Source: Spirochaetia bacterium (GTDB taxonomy: Bacteria; Spirochaetota; Spirochaetia; CADAEX01). From it: a DNA stretch of 64,000 bases. The stretch's first letter is position 1; every line of letters starts with the position of its first letter. Shown here one piece after another: positions 1-10,543 of this stretch. The stretch is taken from positions 960,001-1,024,000 of the forward strand of contig OY759746.1 of the NCBI GenBank assembly GCA_963662795.1, given 5' to 3'. The notes beneath the pieces were generated by a model. The model searched no databases. It worked only from the letters and a program-made list of their open reading frames with translations, and was not told the DNA's origin. Made by a program: the position numbers and the translations under genes.

Positions 1-156
1 GGCAAAAGTTGTCTCAACATCAATGACCATCTTTCCATCTATCCAGTTTACCTCAGAGTATGAACTCATACCTGTCTGCTGGGCAAAAAGAGCTGACGCG
101 GACGGGAACAACAGCATTACGGGGGCCAGGATTAAAAATATTACAAAACGGCGCAT
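1..156 (-). CDS. Secreted hypothetical protein, 5' part only (runs off window start)
   Basis: Not in ORF track. AAGGAG RBS then ATG at 156: MRRFVIFLILAPVMLLFPSASALFAQQTGMSSYSEVNWIDGK..., signal-peptide-like, open to position 1, 12 nt downstream of the MltD-like gene. Confidence 0.75.
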   Translation of the reverse strand, partial: MRRFVIFLILAPVMLLFPSASALFAQQTGMSSYSEVNWIDGKMVIDVETTFA

Positions 157-168
157 AACTACTCCTTT

Positions 169-1512
169 TCAGCTGTCTGTCCCGGGGACCCTGAGCTCCA
201 TACCTATTGTAAGGAGGGTATCGACATGGATTCCGTTGTGATAGGCAACATTGTACGGGTCTGTGCCGTACCTGCGGGCTATTGACCACAGCGTATCGCC
301 TGATCTTACTATGTGGCTTCCCCTGTAATTTGCAGGATTATCCAGAGCTACAGGGGCCGGTGCTGTCTGTTTTCCCTTATAGGGAGGTACATCCTTCAGG
401 GCCGGGACAAGAATTTTCTGCCCTATTGAAAGAAATGACGGATCCAGATGCTTGTTGTAGCTTTGAATCATTGAAACGGAAACACCGTAGTGCCGTCCGA
501 GATCATAAAGGGTGTCCCCTTTTTTAATCTGATAGAAATGGAATTTCATTAAATTTTCTTTGGAGAGGGATACAGTCTCAGCAACCGCCTTTCCCATCCC
601 CTCAGGTACTTTAAGATAATAATCCCTGCCCGAAGGCGTTATGTCATAACGCAGTTCAGCGTTTGCGCTCTTTATAAGATCATAGGGCAGCTTCGCTTCA
701 GACGCAAGTTTTGAAAGGCTCACCGAATAGTCAAGGTTTACCCTCTCCCATCTGTACGGCTGCCTCCAGGGGGTTTCAATACCGTATCTGCCTCTGGAGG
801 AAAGAATCGCCGATAGCGCGAGGAACCTGGGAACATAGTGAATAGTTTCTGACGGAAGCAGTCCTTTTCCTGAAAGCTCCCAGTAATCCGAAATCCCTGT
901 CGCTTTTATTGTTCGCTGGACCCTCCCGAGGCCGCAGTTATAAGCTGCAAGTGCGAGCAGCCAGTCTCCGCCGAGCATATCATAATTATATTTTAATTTG
1001 GCTATGGCCCCTTCAGTAGATTTCCAGAAATCTCTCCTGTCATCTGCCCAGTCGTCTATCTTCATCCCGTACGGGCTTATGCTGTTTCTCATAAACTGCC
1101 AGATTCCGACAGCGCCTGACCTTGAAACAGCGCTGTATCTGTATGCCGATTCTGTAACCGGAAGATAAAGCAGCTCATAAGGCATATCGTTTCTGTAAAG
1201 TACTTCATCAATAAAATCAATAAAGATGTCTGCCCGCTCCATAACAGATTCAAGCCATTTGATCTGCGCGGGAGAGGAATATTTTTCAAGATAGTAAAAA
1301 TAAAGAGCGCTGTTATTGTGATCAAAGGTAAAAACCTCTTTTCCCGCATGGGTCTGTGCAGATTCAAACCATCTGTTTCTGCTGATTACCGCGTTTACGG
1401 TATCAGCATTCATGCTCTTGTCATTTATATCCGGGATAAAAGGGAGTGGGCCTGCAAAGAGTGAGGCTGAAGTGAAAATAATAATCAGTAATAAAGCAAT
1501 TTTACCTTTCAT
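169..1512 (-). CDS. MltD-like lytic transglycosylase with two LysM domains
   Basis: SLT motifs TESAY, SRSGAVGIWQFM, LAAYNCG, ETIHYVP; two LysM repeats (GDTLYDLG, GDTLWSIA); signal peptide from ATG 1512 (ORF track starts at TTG 1539). Confidence 0.9.
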   Translation of the reverse strand: MKGKIALLLIIIFTSASLFAGPLPFIPDINDKSMNADTVNAVISRNRWFESAQTHAGKEVFTFDHNNSALYFYYLEKYSSPAQIKWLESVMERADIFIDFIDEVLYRNDMPYELLYLPVTESAYRYSAVSRSGAVGIWQFMRNSISPYGMKIDDWADDRRDFWKSTEGAIAKLKYNYDMLGGDWLLALAAYNCGLGRVQRTIKATGISDYWELSGKGLLPSETIHYVPRFLALSAILSSRGRYGIETPWRQPYRWERVNLDYSVSLSKLASEAKLPYDLIKSANAELRYDITPSGRDYYLKVPEGMGKAVAETVSLSKENLMKFHFYQIKKGDTLYDLGRHYGVSVSMIQSYNKHLDPSFLSIGQKILVPALKDVPPYKGKQTAPAPVALDNPANYRGSHIVRSGDTLWSIARRYGTDPYNVAYHNGIHVDTLLTIGMELRVPGTDS

Positions 1513-2572
1513 CTGAAGCTGCAAACGGTTTTTCTCCAAAATAGATACCTGCCCATTCCCAGTTCCCGTGTATCTCCGAATCCGCCGGGAAATTGATTTT
1601 CTGAAAGTAAAGATACCATGTACTTATCCTGTATGACCAGCCCGATGATTTAAGATATGCTTCCTGCTGATTGGAAGCCCTGTCAAGTTTCCTGTCGACA
1701 GTAATTCTGGGCGAAAGAAAAATCCCCAGGTTATCGACAAACTCAGGCTCTGTTGTTCCTTCACCTTCTTCCCATGATACGGCAAAAAAATTAACCTTTG
1801 TCATATATTTTCTCAGCAGCCTGCTGTCACGCCTGAATTTTGCTTCATTTATGGCATTAATTACAGTATCGACAAGCACATCAAGAGACTCAAATGTCCA
1901 GTTTTTATCAGTATTGTAGAAAGCAAGAAGGGCCTGCACCCTCTCCCTTGCATAGGAATCGCCTGCAACAGATAAATCTGAAAAATCAAGAAATTTCCTG
2001 TATGCCTGGATTGCCTGTTCCCACTCGCCGGCCTGTGCGTATGTGTCTCCAAGATAGTAATAGGTTTCGCCTATATTTATTAATTCGCTAAACCGGGCAA
2101 TAATATCCTTATAATAGACAATTCTCGCATCAGTATCCTCTATCATATCAAGGAGATCCCGGAGACAAAGGTAATGGATTGAATTACCCATGTACTTTAT
2201 ATCCTGATAGTTTTTCAGGATACGCTCGTAGTAGCTGATGGCAAAAGGATACGCCATGTCTTCCCTGTAATTTCTTGCGACAATCATCAGGTAATAGGCG
2301 TTAAAGGGATCCGGCCTGTTCTGTTCGACGTAGGTCGTAAGGAAAAGATTTATCTCGCCGTTGCTTGCCGCTGTGGACAGAAGTTCAAGCAGCTGCCTCA
2401 TGATAATGAACTTTTTCTCATAAAGCTCTTCGCCCTGAAGGGAGGAGTACAGCCGGGTAAATTCCTTTCTTTCGCTCCTTCCGAGATTAATATAATAACC
2501 TTCCCGGTAACAGCTGGTAAAAGAGATAGTCAGGATTATAATTAATATTGTGAATGTTATTCTTTTTTTCAT
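1502..2572 (-). CDS. TPR-containing lipoprotein
   Basis: Lipobox-like FTSC after MKKRITF hydrophobic leader (ATG 2572); TPR-like YYYLGDTYAQAGEWEQAIQAYRKFL. Confidence 0.75.
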   Translation of the reverse strand: MKKRITFTILIIILTISFTSCYREGYYINLGRSERKEFTRLYSSLQGEELYEKKFIIMRQLLELLSTAASNGEINLFLTTYVEQNRPDPFNAYYLMIVARNYREDMAYPFAISYYERILKNYQDIKYMGNSIHYLCLRDLLDMIEDTDARIVYYKDIIARFSELINIGETYYYLGDTYAQAGEWEQAIQAYRKFLDFSDLSVAGDSYARERVQALLAFYNTDKNWTFESLDVLVDTVINAINEAKFRRDSRLLRKYMTKVNFFAVSWEEGEGTTEPEFVDNLGIFLSPRITVDRKLDRASNQQEAYLKSSGWSYRISTWYLYFQKINFPADSEIHGNWEWAGIYFGEKPFAASDER

Positions 2573-2665
2573 TATGCCAAAGCGGGGGAAGTATAACACA
2601 GCATGGCACAGTTGGCAAGAAGCCGGCTATCTGTTAATATTCATTCAATTCAAGGAGACAAACTG

Positions 2666-3871
2666 ATGGAAGCTAAGATTATAATGAAAGACGGCAAACT
2701 TGTTGTACCGGAAAATCCTGTAATTCCATTTATTGAAGGGGATGGAACAGGCCCCGACATATGGAAAGCAGCCAGAATAGTTTTTGATGCGGCAGTAAAC
2801 AAAGCTTACAAAGGGAAAAGAAGCATACAGTGGAAAGAGGTACTGGCCGGAGAAAAATCCCATAAACTGAACGGGGAATGGCTTCCAAAGGAAACTCTCC
2901 AGAACTTTATAGATTACCGGGTCGGGATAAAAGGACCTCTTACTACTCCTGTCGGGGGAGGCATCAGAAGCCTTAATGTAACACTTAGGCAGACTCTTGA
3001 CCTTTATGTATGCCTGCGGCCTGTCAAACACTTTGCCGGCATCCCGTCTCCGGTTAAAAACCCGGAAAACGTAGACATGGTAGTATTCAGGGAAAACACT
3101 GAAGATGTATACGCAGGATTTGAAACCAGATCGGGAGAACCCAAGACAGAGAAACTTGCCTCCTTTTTAAAAACAGAGTTCGGCTGGCATGTTCCTGAAG
3201 GTTCCGGAATCGGGATTAAACCGATCAGTAAAAAAGGGACCGAAAGACTTGTAAGGGCCGCGATTAAATACGCTATTGCCGGCAACAGAAAAAGCGTAAC
3301 CCTTGTCCACAAGGGCAATATCATGAAATTCACGGAAGGCGCTTTCAGGGAATGGGGATATCAGCTTGCGAAGAATGAGTTCGGGGGCAGCGTTGTAACA
3401 CTCGAAGAAACTGACGGAAAAATCCCTGAAGGGAAAATTTTGATAAAAGACTGCATTGCTGACGCTTTTCTGCAGCAGATACTCACCCGCCCGGCAGAAT
3501 ACGATGTAATTGCTACAATGAATCTTAACGGAGACTACATTTCTGACGCGCTTGCCGCCCAGGTCGGCGGAATCGGGATAGCACCCGGAGCTAATATAAA
3601 CTACACAACCGGAATCGGTATTTTTGAGGCAACCCATGGAACAGCTCCAAAATATGCAGGGAAAAACATGGTAAATCCGGGCTCACTTATCCTGTCAGGC
3701 CAGATGATGCTTGAATATATGGGATGGAAAGAGGCTGCTGCCCTCATCGAAAAGGGAATTGTAAAAACCATAAGCCAGAAAAAAGTAACCTATGATTTTG
3801 CAAGGCTGCTTGAGGGATCAGAGCAGGTTTCAACAAGCGATTTTGGTCAGCTTATAGCTGATAACATGTGA
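2666..3871 (+). CDS. icd: NADP-dependent isocitrate dehydrogenase
   Basis: [48 protein letters not shown]; AGGAGA RBS before ATG 2666. Confidence 0.97.
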   Translation: MEAKIIMKDGKLVVPENPVIPFIEGDGTGPDIWKAARIVFDAAVNKAYKGKRSIQWKEVLAGEKSHKLNGEWLPKETLQNFIDYRVGIKGPLTTPVGGGIRSLNVTLRQTLDLYVCLRPVKHFAGIPSPVKNPENVDMVVFRENTEDVYAGFETRSGEPKTEKLASFLKTEFGWHVPEGSGIGIKPISKKGTERLVRAAIKYAIAGNRKSVTLVHKGNIMKFTEGAFREWGYQLAKNEFGGSVVTLEETDGKIPEGKILIKDCIADAFLQQILTRPAEYDVIATMNLNGDYISDALAAQVGGIGIAPGANINYTTGIGIFEATHGTAPKYAGKNMVNPGSLILSGQMMLEYMGWKEAAALIEKGIVKTISQKKVTYDFARLLEGSEQVSTSDFGQLIADNM

Positions 3872-3880
3872 TACTGAATA

Positions 3881-4423
3881 ATGAAAAATAAAAAACAGGC
3901 GCCTGAGAAACTGCTTGCCGGCGGGACAGTATTTATACTCACCGGGTTGTTTCTGCTGCTGATGACGACAGGGGTTTTTACAGGAAGGGAACTTATATGG
4001 CCTTTTTTCATCATTCTGCCGGGTTTATATTTTCTGTATAAAGCTTTTTTTAAAAAAGGGACGGAAGCCAATATCCTGCCCGGAATGTTCCTTACCCTTT
4101 CAGGGATATATATGCTTCTTGCAGGTACGATTCTGAGGACACATGAAATAAAAAAGATCTGGCCGATTTTCATGCTGATTTCAGGCATATCGCTTATTCC
4201 ATACGGGTTTAAGAAGAAAAGGGCATTCAGGACAAAGATATTTGTTCCCTCTATCGCAATAATACTCCTTTCCCTGTTTTTTCTTCCATTCAGCTTAAAG
4301 CTGATGACAATAAAATTTCTGACATTTACAACAATATGGTGGCCTGTTCTTCTCATAATAATGGGCCTGGTTCTTGTATCTGTATTTATACGCAAGCAAT
4401 ATGGAAAGAATAATGACAAATAA
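3881..4423 (+). CDS. Membrane protein with repeated WP-containing helices (LiaI/LiaF-TM-like)
   Basis: Several hydrophobic helices with three 'WP' motifs (LIWPFF, KIWPIF, WWPVLL). Confidence 0.65.
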   Translation: MKNKKQAPEKLLAGGTVFILTGLFLLLMTTGVFTGRELIWPFFIILPGLYFLYKAFFKKGTEANILPGMFLTLSGIYMLLAGTILRTHEIKKIWPIFMLISGISLIPYGFKKKRAFRTKIFVPSIAIILLSLFFLPFSLKLMTIKFLTFTTIWWPVLLIIMGLVLVSVFIRKQYGKNNDK

Positions 4424-4517
4424 TTTACTGGAGAGCACAGAATGCTCCTTCAAGTCCGGCAGAACCTTTAAAAATGGTCTGCCGGAATTAATGCTGATTA
4501 ATGAAAAAAAACCTGCC

Positions 4518-5081
4518 ATGACTGTTTACAGGATGCACTTAAACCGGCTGCTTATTCTCATACTTTTTTTCGCACCGGTATCAGGCACTTTTATTTTCCC
4601 CCAAACACAGCCTGCCGGTACTAAACCTGAAAAAGAAATACAAATCCGGGATGAGGATAAAAAACCCGGCAGCGTAACTATGAATCCGGAAAATCTTCTC
4701 GGATTAAGTCCTTCCGATATATTTAGGATACTGGGTTCACCTGAATCAGTTTATCCGATGAGGGGAAAGCTTGAATGGCAGGATGATGTTATCTTCTACT
4801 ACAGCACAAACCTTTATCTCTTCTTTTATGATAACAGGGTATGGCAGGTGCGGGGTGATTACAGGTTTGAAGGAAATATACTTGGAATCACCGCCGGTAT
4901 GGAAAAACAAAAGACCAGGGAACTGCTTGGAAAACCGGGCCGCGAAGAGGAAGGAGAGGATATCTACCTCAACCCTGCAAAAATGACAAGACTTGAAAAA
5001 GGGTTTCCTGTAAGAATGCGTCTGATCTTCGATCAGGACAGCAGGGTTTCAGACATGTACCTTTACCGCGGCGATTATTGA
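4518..5081 (+). CDS. Exported hypothetical protein
   Basis: Signal-like N-terminus; two 'LLG..P' repeats reminiscent of BamE/BLIP-like folds; start uncertain (4518 or 4533). Confidence 0.6.
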   Translation: MTVYRMHLNRLLILILFFAPVSGTFIFPQTQPAGTKPEKEIQIRDEDKKPGSVTMNPENLLGLSPSDIFRILGSPESVYPMRGKLEWQDDVIFYYSTNLYLFFYDNRVWQVRGDYRFEGNILGITAGMEKQKTRELLGKPGREEEGEDIYLNPAKMTRLEKGFPVRMRLIFDQDSRVSDMYLYRGDY

Positions 5082-5168
5082 AAATACTGTAAGTACTGAA
5101 TGTACTGAAACTGCGGATGCCGGGCACACAGGACCATAATTTTTTTTCGCACGGAGGCTGGTATTCAC

Positions 5169-6062
5169 ATGATAAACCACGGCGGCGAACTTGCCGCACT
5201 TCTAACAGCGTTTTGCTGGGTAGCAACTTCCATGAGCTTTGAAGCGGCAGGGAAAAGGATAGGCTCCCTTACCGTAAACTTCATCCGTCTTATCATGGCA
5301 TTTACAATGATGGGTTTCTACCTTTTTATCAGGACCGGCGCACCGCTCCCGCTGGATGCGGACGGCAGGGTCTGGCTGTTCATGGGGCTTTCAGGCTTCA
5401 TTGGATTTGCGCTTGGGGATCTTTTTCTCTTTCAGGCATTTGTCCTTGTCGGCGCCCGCATCTCAATGCTTGTGTATGCTTCTGTCCCCATAATTACAGG
5501 GCTTGCCGGATTTTTCTTTCTTCATGAAACACTCGGACTTAAGGATATTTCAGGGATGTTGCTTACGGTTACAGGTATTGCAATTGTAGTTCTTGACAGG
5601 AACAAGGGAAAGGGGCCGAAGAATTCCTGTTTCCTTAAAGGGGTGTTTTTTGCGGCCCTGGGGGCGGCCGGGCAGGCAGGAGGGCTTATACTGTCAAAAT
5701 TCGGCATGGCAGGCTACAATAATCCGTTCGGATCAAACATGATCAGAATTATTGCAGGTATTGCGGGGTTCGCCGTTATTATCTCCGTCACGCGCCGCTG
5801 GCTTATTGTAAAAGAAGCTTTCCGTGACGGCAGGGGGATGCTCTTTACAGCGTCAGGAGCATTTTTCGGCCCTTTTGTCGGTGTTTCTTTCTCCCTTATC
5901 GCCATAACCCTGACATCAGCAGGAGTAGCATCGACAATTATGGCAATTACCCCTGTACTTATAATTATCCCGGCAGTCCTTATCTATAAAGAGCAGGTAA
6001 ACTTTATCGAAATCGCTGGGGCAGTCCTTGCCGTCACAGGTGTAGCGCTTCTGTTCTTATAA
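5169..6062 (+). CDS. DMT/EamA family transporter
   Basis: About 10 TM helices in two EamA repeats; GGAGG RBS upstream. Confidence 0.9.
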   Translation: MINHGGELAALLTAFCWVATSMSFEAAGKRIGSLTVNFIRLIMAFTMMGFYLFIRTGAPLPLDADGRVWLFMGLSGFIGFALGDLFLFQAFVLVGARISMLVYASVPIITGLAGFFFLHETLGLKDISGMLLTVTGIAIVVLDRNKGKGPKNSCFLKGVFFAALGAAGQAGGLILSKFGMAGYNNPFGSNMIRIIAGIAGFAVIISVTRRWLIVKEAFRDGRGMLFTASGAFFGPFVGVSFSLIAITLTSAGVASTIMAITPVLIIIPAVLIYKEQVNFIEIAGAVLAVTGVALLFL

Positions 6063-6118
6063 AAACCGCCGTACATATGCGTGCCAAAATCTGTGAGAAA
6101 ATTTATATATATAATTTT

Positions 6119-6802
6119 TTATGTAAGTTTTTTATCAGAAGTAATCCCGAGCCTGTAGGCAATGAGGGCTGCCTGAGTCCTGTCCCGGAGATCAAGAGCT
6201 GTCAGTATATTTGAAACATAATTTTTAACAGTCCCCTCGCTCAGAAAAAGTTTTTCAGATATTTCCCGGTTGGTAAGTCCTTCCGCTATTTCTGCAAGTA
6301 CATCTTTTTCCCGGCCGGAGAGAGTATTGATAATCTTACGAATATCATTATCATTTTCTGAAATATCGTTATCATCTTTACTGATATTTCCGATGAGTTT
6401 TCCTGCGGCAGAAGGGGACAGCTGGTATACTCCCTTATATGCAAGCTTTACAGCCTGTGCCAGATCCTTTTCCGGAATATCTTTCAGCAGATATCCGACT
6501 GCTCCGGCTTTAAGTGACTTAAGTATATATTCATCATCATCAAAGGTTGTGAGCATAATAATTTTGCGGCAAAATCCTTTTTGAAGAATTTCTTTTACTG
6601 CAGATATTCCGTCCATCACCGGCATCCTGATATCCATAAGTATTACATCAGGGTGCAGTTCCATTGATAATCTTACAGATTCCCTTCCGTTTTCTGCAGT
6701 GCCGGCAACAAAAATATCCTCCTGAAGTGAAAGAAGGGATGCAATCCCTTCCCGGATAAGTCTCTGGTCATCGACTACCAGAACTTTTATTTTATTCCCC
6801 AT
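6119..6802 (-). CDS. NarL/LuxR family response regulator
   Basis: REC (VVDDQ, MDIRMP, LTTFDDD) plus LuxR HTH (LSGREKDVL...TNREISEKLFLSEGTVKNYVS). Confidence 0.95.
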   Translation of the reverse strand: MGNKIKVLVVDDQRLIREGIASLLSLQEDIFVAGTAENGRESVRLSMELHPDVILMDIRMPVMDGISAVKEILQKGFCRKIIMLTTFDDDEYILKSLKAGAVGYLLKDIPEKDLAQAVKLAYKGVYQLSPSAAGKLIGNISKDDNDISENDNDIRKIINTLSGREKDVLAEIAEGLTNREISEKLFLSEGTVKNYVSNILTALDLRDRTQAALIAYRLGITSDKKLT

Positions 6803-8063
6803 TTTCCGATGTCCTGTATTCTGTTTTTACCGGATCAAAGGGTGCTTCAACAGTAATCAGGGTACCCTCATCCGGGGCAGTTTTTATATTAAAAATACCC
6901 CTTACAAGTTCAATTCTCTCCTTCAATCCTGACAGACCGGAAGATGATTCTGATATATTGTCAATTATGAAACCCTTTCCGTTATCTTTTACTGATAAAT
7001 AAACCATATTGTCTGCAAATGAAACTGATACATCAATTTTGCTGCATAGAGAGTGTTTTACGGCATTTGTAAGAGCTTCCTGTACAACCCGGTATATGGC
7101 AAGTCTTACCGCATAACTGCATCTGCTGTCATCGCCTTCAAGCTGAAACCTTATATCGAAATTCTTCCCTTCGATTCTCCCTATAAGTTCTTTAACCACA
7201 GTACTGAGAGAAAAATCTTTCTGGGTTTTCAGACTTCTGACTGATTCCCTGACATCCTCCATTGCTTCAGTTGATGCTCTTCTGGCATCTTCGATAGCTT
7301 TAAGGGCAGATTCAGGATCAATTTTAAAATAGGCCTGTGCTTTTGCAAGCTGGATATTGGTTGCTGTAAGATAATGCCCGATGCTGTCATGAATATCTCT
7401 TGCAAGACGGTTTCTTTCTTCGACTGCTACTGTATCAGCAATAATACTGGCATATTCCCTGATTTTCATATTTGACTTTTTAAGGTCTTCAAGCAGCTTC
7501 TGGTTTTCCTTTATGCTTTTTCTGTCCTCGACCCAGAGGATTGCCATGGTTTGGAAAAAAATAACTTTTCCAATTCTGAATATATTCATTGCTGTCATAA
7601 CAAATTCAGGAGGCATCCTGTTGTCATGGAATGGAAAATGTGCAAAGTAAGGTACCAGAGCTGCCGTAACAAGAATTATAATAAAAACTGCCCATCTGAT
7701 ACGGTTTTGAAAAATAAATGTTGCGTAATAGATTACAAACGGGGCGAAAACAAATACATAAAGGTCCGGGCTTTTTATTATAACACAAAGAATAAACGGT
7801 GTTATTCTGATCAGGAAAAGAAAAATACTGATCTGCCCGGGAGTTTCATATTTCCATCTGAAATACTCGATAAGTTCAAGTAACAGGATAACAGAAGCTG
7901 AAACCAGTGTAATAATTATATAGGAAGGCAAACCCGATGACCCTCTCCATTCCTTCCCGAGAAATCGTAAATAAAGAGGAGCATGTATGGCAAGATATGC
8001 AGTAAGCAGTGCAAGCCTTGAGATATTTTGATTGCTAATTGAAGAATTAACTTTATTTTCCAT
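6792..8063 (-). CDS. Intramembrane-sensing histidine kinase (HisKA_3)
   Basis: Multiple N-terminal TM helices; ERNRLARDIHDSIGH, EALTNAVKHS, DNGKGF. Confidence 0.93.
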   Translation of the reverse strand: MENKVNSSISNQNISRLALLTAYLAIHAPLYLRFLGKEWRGSSGLPSYIIITLVSASVILLLELIEYFRWKYETPGQISIFLFLIRITPFILCVIIKSPDLYVFVFAPFVIYYATFIFQNRIRWAVFIIILVTAALVPYFAHFPFHDNRMPPEFVMTAMNIFRIGKVIFFQTMAILWVEDRKSIKENQKLLEDLKKSNMKIREYASIIADTVAVEERNRLARDIHDSIGHYLTATNIQLAKAQAYFKIDPESALKAIEDARRASTEAMEDVRESVRSLKTQKDFSLSTVVKELIGRIEGKNFDIRFQLEGDDSRCSYAVRLAIYRVVQEALTNAVKHSLCSKIDVSVSFADNMVYLSVKDNGKGFIIDNISESSSGLSGLKERIELVRGIFNIKTAPDEGTLITVEAPFDPVKTEYRTSENGE

Positions 8064-8132
8064 AGTTATCAGGATTATAACACAGGACAGGGCTGTTAAT
8101 AATAATTAAAAGTCACAATCTCCTCCATCTTT

Positions 8133-8169
8133 ATATGACTTAAGTCATATCATTTTATGCCTCACGGCA
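8133..8169. promoter_or_regulatory. Putative response-regulator binding sites
   Basis: Perfect 18-bp palindrome ATATGACTTAAGTCATAT (8133-8150) and a second TGCC-N4-GGCA site (8158-8169) 22 bp downstream, between the divergent kinase and tolC. Confidence 0.65.
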
Positions 8170-8231
8170 CTGCAAGCTGCCGCTTATCTCCTTCATAATA
8201 TTTTTGAAACAGATAAGGAGAGGTTTATGCC

Positions 8232-9581
8232 ATGCGGAAGAAAGCACTAGTTACATTATTTCTTGCAACTGCAGTTTTGATCCAGCTTCCTGCTGATGAA
8301 AAAAAAGTCCTGGAAATAACAAGGGAAAAAGCACTTGAACTGGTTTTCAGTCACAGCAGGGAAGCCCAGATAATGCAGATAGATCTTGATCAGGCAAAAA
8401 GGGCTTCGGATTACAGCTGGAACGAGCTTCTGCCCCAGTTATCTGCATCAGCTGATCTTAATACTTCAGGAAATAAAGAGAGCTTTAATAAGGGAGAAAA
8501 CCCGTTTGATACAGATATTTCTCTTGGAATCTCATTTCTCCTGGATCCCGGGATCAGGGAGAAAATCAGACAGAAAAAAATAAGCTATTCAATTCAGGAT
8601 ATGAACATGGAAAAAACTACAGCATCAATAAAAAACAGTGTAGACAAGATGTTCTATTATCTTCTTGCGTCAGGAAAAAACATTGAAATCAAGGAAAAAG
8701 CTCTCGCTCTTGCAGAAAAACAGTACATCCAGGCTCAGGTTAATTTTAAAAACGGGCTTGAGTCTGAACTTCAGGTACTTCAGGCAAGAATCAGCGTTGA
8801 GAACCAGAAACCTGATATAAGCACAGCCAGACTTGATTATGAAAATACTCTTATGCGCTTTAAGGATATGCTCGGACTTGATAAAGAAACTCCGGTTTCC
8901 TTAAAGGGTGACCTTGAAATCGAACCGATTGATCTTGACGGGGAAAAGCTTATTAAAGAATTCCTCCGTTCAACATCAGATATAAAAATTCTTGAAAAGA
9001 CAGCCCAGCTTAACAGCAGCCTTTTAAAAGGAGCCAGGAAGACAGCTTATATTCCGTCCTTTTCAATCAGCGGGAGCTACAGTAATACTTTGAATGATTT
9101 TACTGAAAATCTCCCTGCCCTTTCCCAGTCGGCTGCCAGCAGCGGTGAATGGACTGACACCGCTTCAGTGACACTTGCCCTTACATGGTCTCCCAACTCT
9201 CTTTTGAAAGGATCTGCAGAAAACCTCAGTCTTAAATCAGCAGAAGATTCCCTGAAAAAATCACGTCTTGAGCTTGATGATGGGGCAGAGACACTAAAAA
9301 GAGACATAAACTCAAAAATTCTTGAACTTGAAACCTACCGGGACAATCTTGATCTCTCAAGAATGAATATCTCACTTGCTGAAAAGTCATATCAGATGAC
9401 TAATGACTCATTTAAAAAGGGAACGGCTGAAAGACTTGAAGTTGAAGAGTCAAGGCAGGAATGGGAAACAGCCCAGCAGAATTATCTTTCAAGCTTATAT
9501 CAATATCGATCAGGTCTTCTGGATCTTGCATTTCTGTTAAATACAAATATCGAAACACTCAGGGAGGTTGGAAAAAAATGA
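8232..9581 (+). CDS. TolC family outer membrane efflux protein
   Basis: Signal peptide, two OEP repeats, first gene of an RND operon. Confidence 0.9.
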   Translation: MRKKALVTLFLATAVLIQLPADEKKVLEITREKALELVFSHSREAQIMQIDLDQAKRASDYSWNELLPQLSASADLNTSGNKESFNKGENPFDTDISLGISFLLDPGIREKIRQKKISYSIQDMNMEKTTASIKNSVDKMFYYLLASGKNIEIKEKALALAEKQYIQAQVNFKNGLESELQVLQARISVENQKPDISTARLDYENTLMRFKDMLGLDKETPVSLKGDLEIEPIDLDGEKLIKEFLRSTSDIKILEKTAQLNSSLLKGARKTAYIPSFSISGSYSNTLNDFTENLPALSQSAASSGEWTDTASVTLALTWSPNSLLKGSAENLSLKSAEDSLKKSRLELDDGAETLKRDINSKILELETYRDNLDLSRMNISLAEKSYQMTNDSFKKGTAERLEVEESRQEWETAQQNYLSSLYQYRSGLLDLAFLLNTNIETLREVGKK

Positions 9582-10543
9582 TTAAAAAAATAAACAGTGC
9601 CGAAATGACCCGGCTGGTGCTCATTGCCTGCACCGTTATTCTTACAGTTTCTGTTGCACTTAATATTTTAGGCAGCGGGGGAAAACCCATGCAGGGAGAA
9701 AATGGAGTGAAGCCATCTGTAATGGCTGATTCAGCAGATGCGGAGACAGTTTTTTCAGTTAATGCAGAAAACCCTTCACGGGAAAATATAAGTGAAAGTC
9801 TTAGAATCAATGGAGATGTGGTTACAGAAAACAGTGTTGAAATATATCCCGATACATCAGGCAAGCTTGTAAAAAGGTCTGTTTCAATAGGTGATTATGT
9901 TTCAAAAGGGGATGTTATTGCAAAGGTTGATCCGTCAAAACCGGGAACCGTTTATGAGGAAAGTCCTGTTGAATCAACAATTTCAGGAACTGTTACAAAA
10001 CTTCCGGGCAGTATAGGCGACACAGTTACAGCACAGAGTTCAATTGCAACGATCGGAGATCTTGAAAATCTCCAGATCCAGGTTTTTATCCCGGAAAAAT
10101 ATCTGTCATGGATCAAGTCAGGGCTGAAAGGGGAAGCTGAATTTACAGCATATCCCGGGAAAGGGGTTGCCGTACATATTGCCGAAGTCAGTCCGGTTCT
10201 TGACAGTGATTCACGAACGATCAGGGTTAAGCTTTCATTTGACAATTTTGACAGCAGAACTGTCAAAGCAGGCATGTTTGCCTCTGTCAGTATTTTTACC
10301 AGAATCTCGGAAAATACCCTTACAGTCCCGTCTTCCTCAGTTCTTGACAGCGGGAAAGGAAGTTATGTGTATGTAGTCGAGGGCGATAAAGCAATAATAC
10401 GATATGTTGAAATCGGATTGGCATCAGAGACAAAAACAGAAATTCTGTCAGGTATTGACGGGAATGACGATGTAATAGTCTCGGGACAGAGCCTTCTTTC
10501 AGACGGGGCTTCTGTCAAAATAATCAGGGGGGCTGTAAAATGA
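9578..10543 (+). CDS. RND efflux periplasmic adaptor (MFP)
   Basis: Lipoyl-like SIGDYVSKGDVIAKVD, AGMFASV; ATG 9578 overlaps the tolC stop. Confidence 0.92.
   Translation: MIKKINSAEMTRLVLIACTVILTVSVALNILGSGGKPMQGENGVKPSVMADSADAETVFSVNAENPSRENISESLRINGDVVTENSVEIYPDTSGKLVKRSVSIGDYVSKGDVIAKVDPSKPGTVYEESPVESTISGTVTKLPGSIGDTVTAQSSIATIGDLENLQIQVFIPEKYLSWIKSGLKGEAEFTAYPGKGVAVHIAEVSPVLDSDSRTIRVKLSFDNFDSRTVKAGMFASVSIFTRISENTLTVPSSSVLDSGKGSYVYVVEGDKAIIRYVEIGLASETKTEILSGIDGNDDVIVSGQSLLSDGASVKIIRGAVK

Noticed and set aside
5085-5113. Short tandem TACTGAA-like repeats
   Set aside because: Only 2-3 imperfect short units, no spacers; not CRISPR or otherwise informative.
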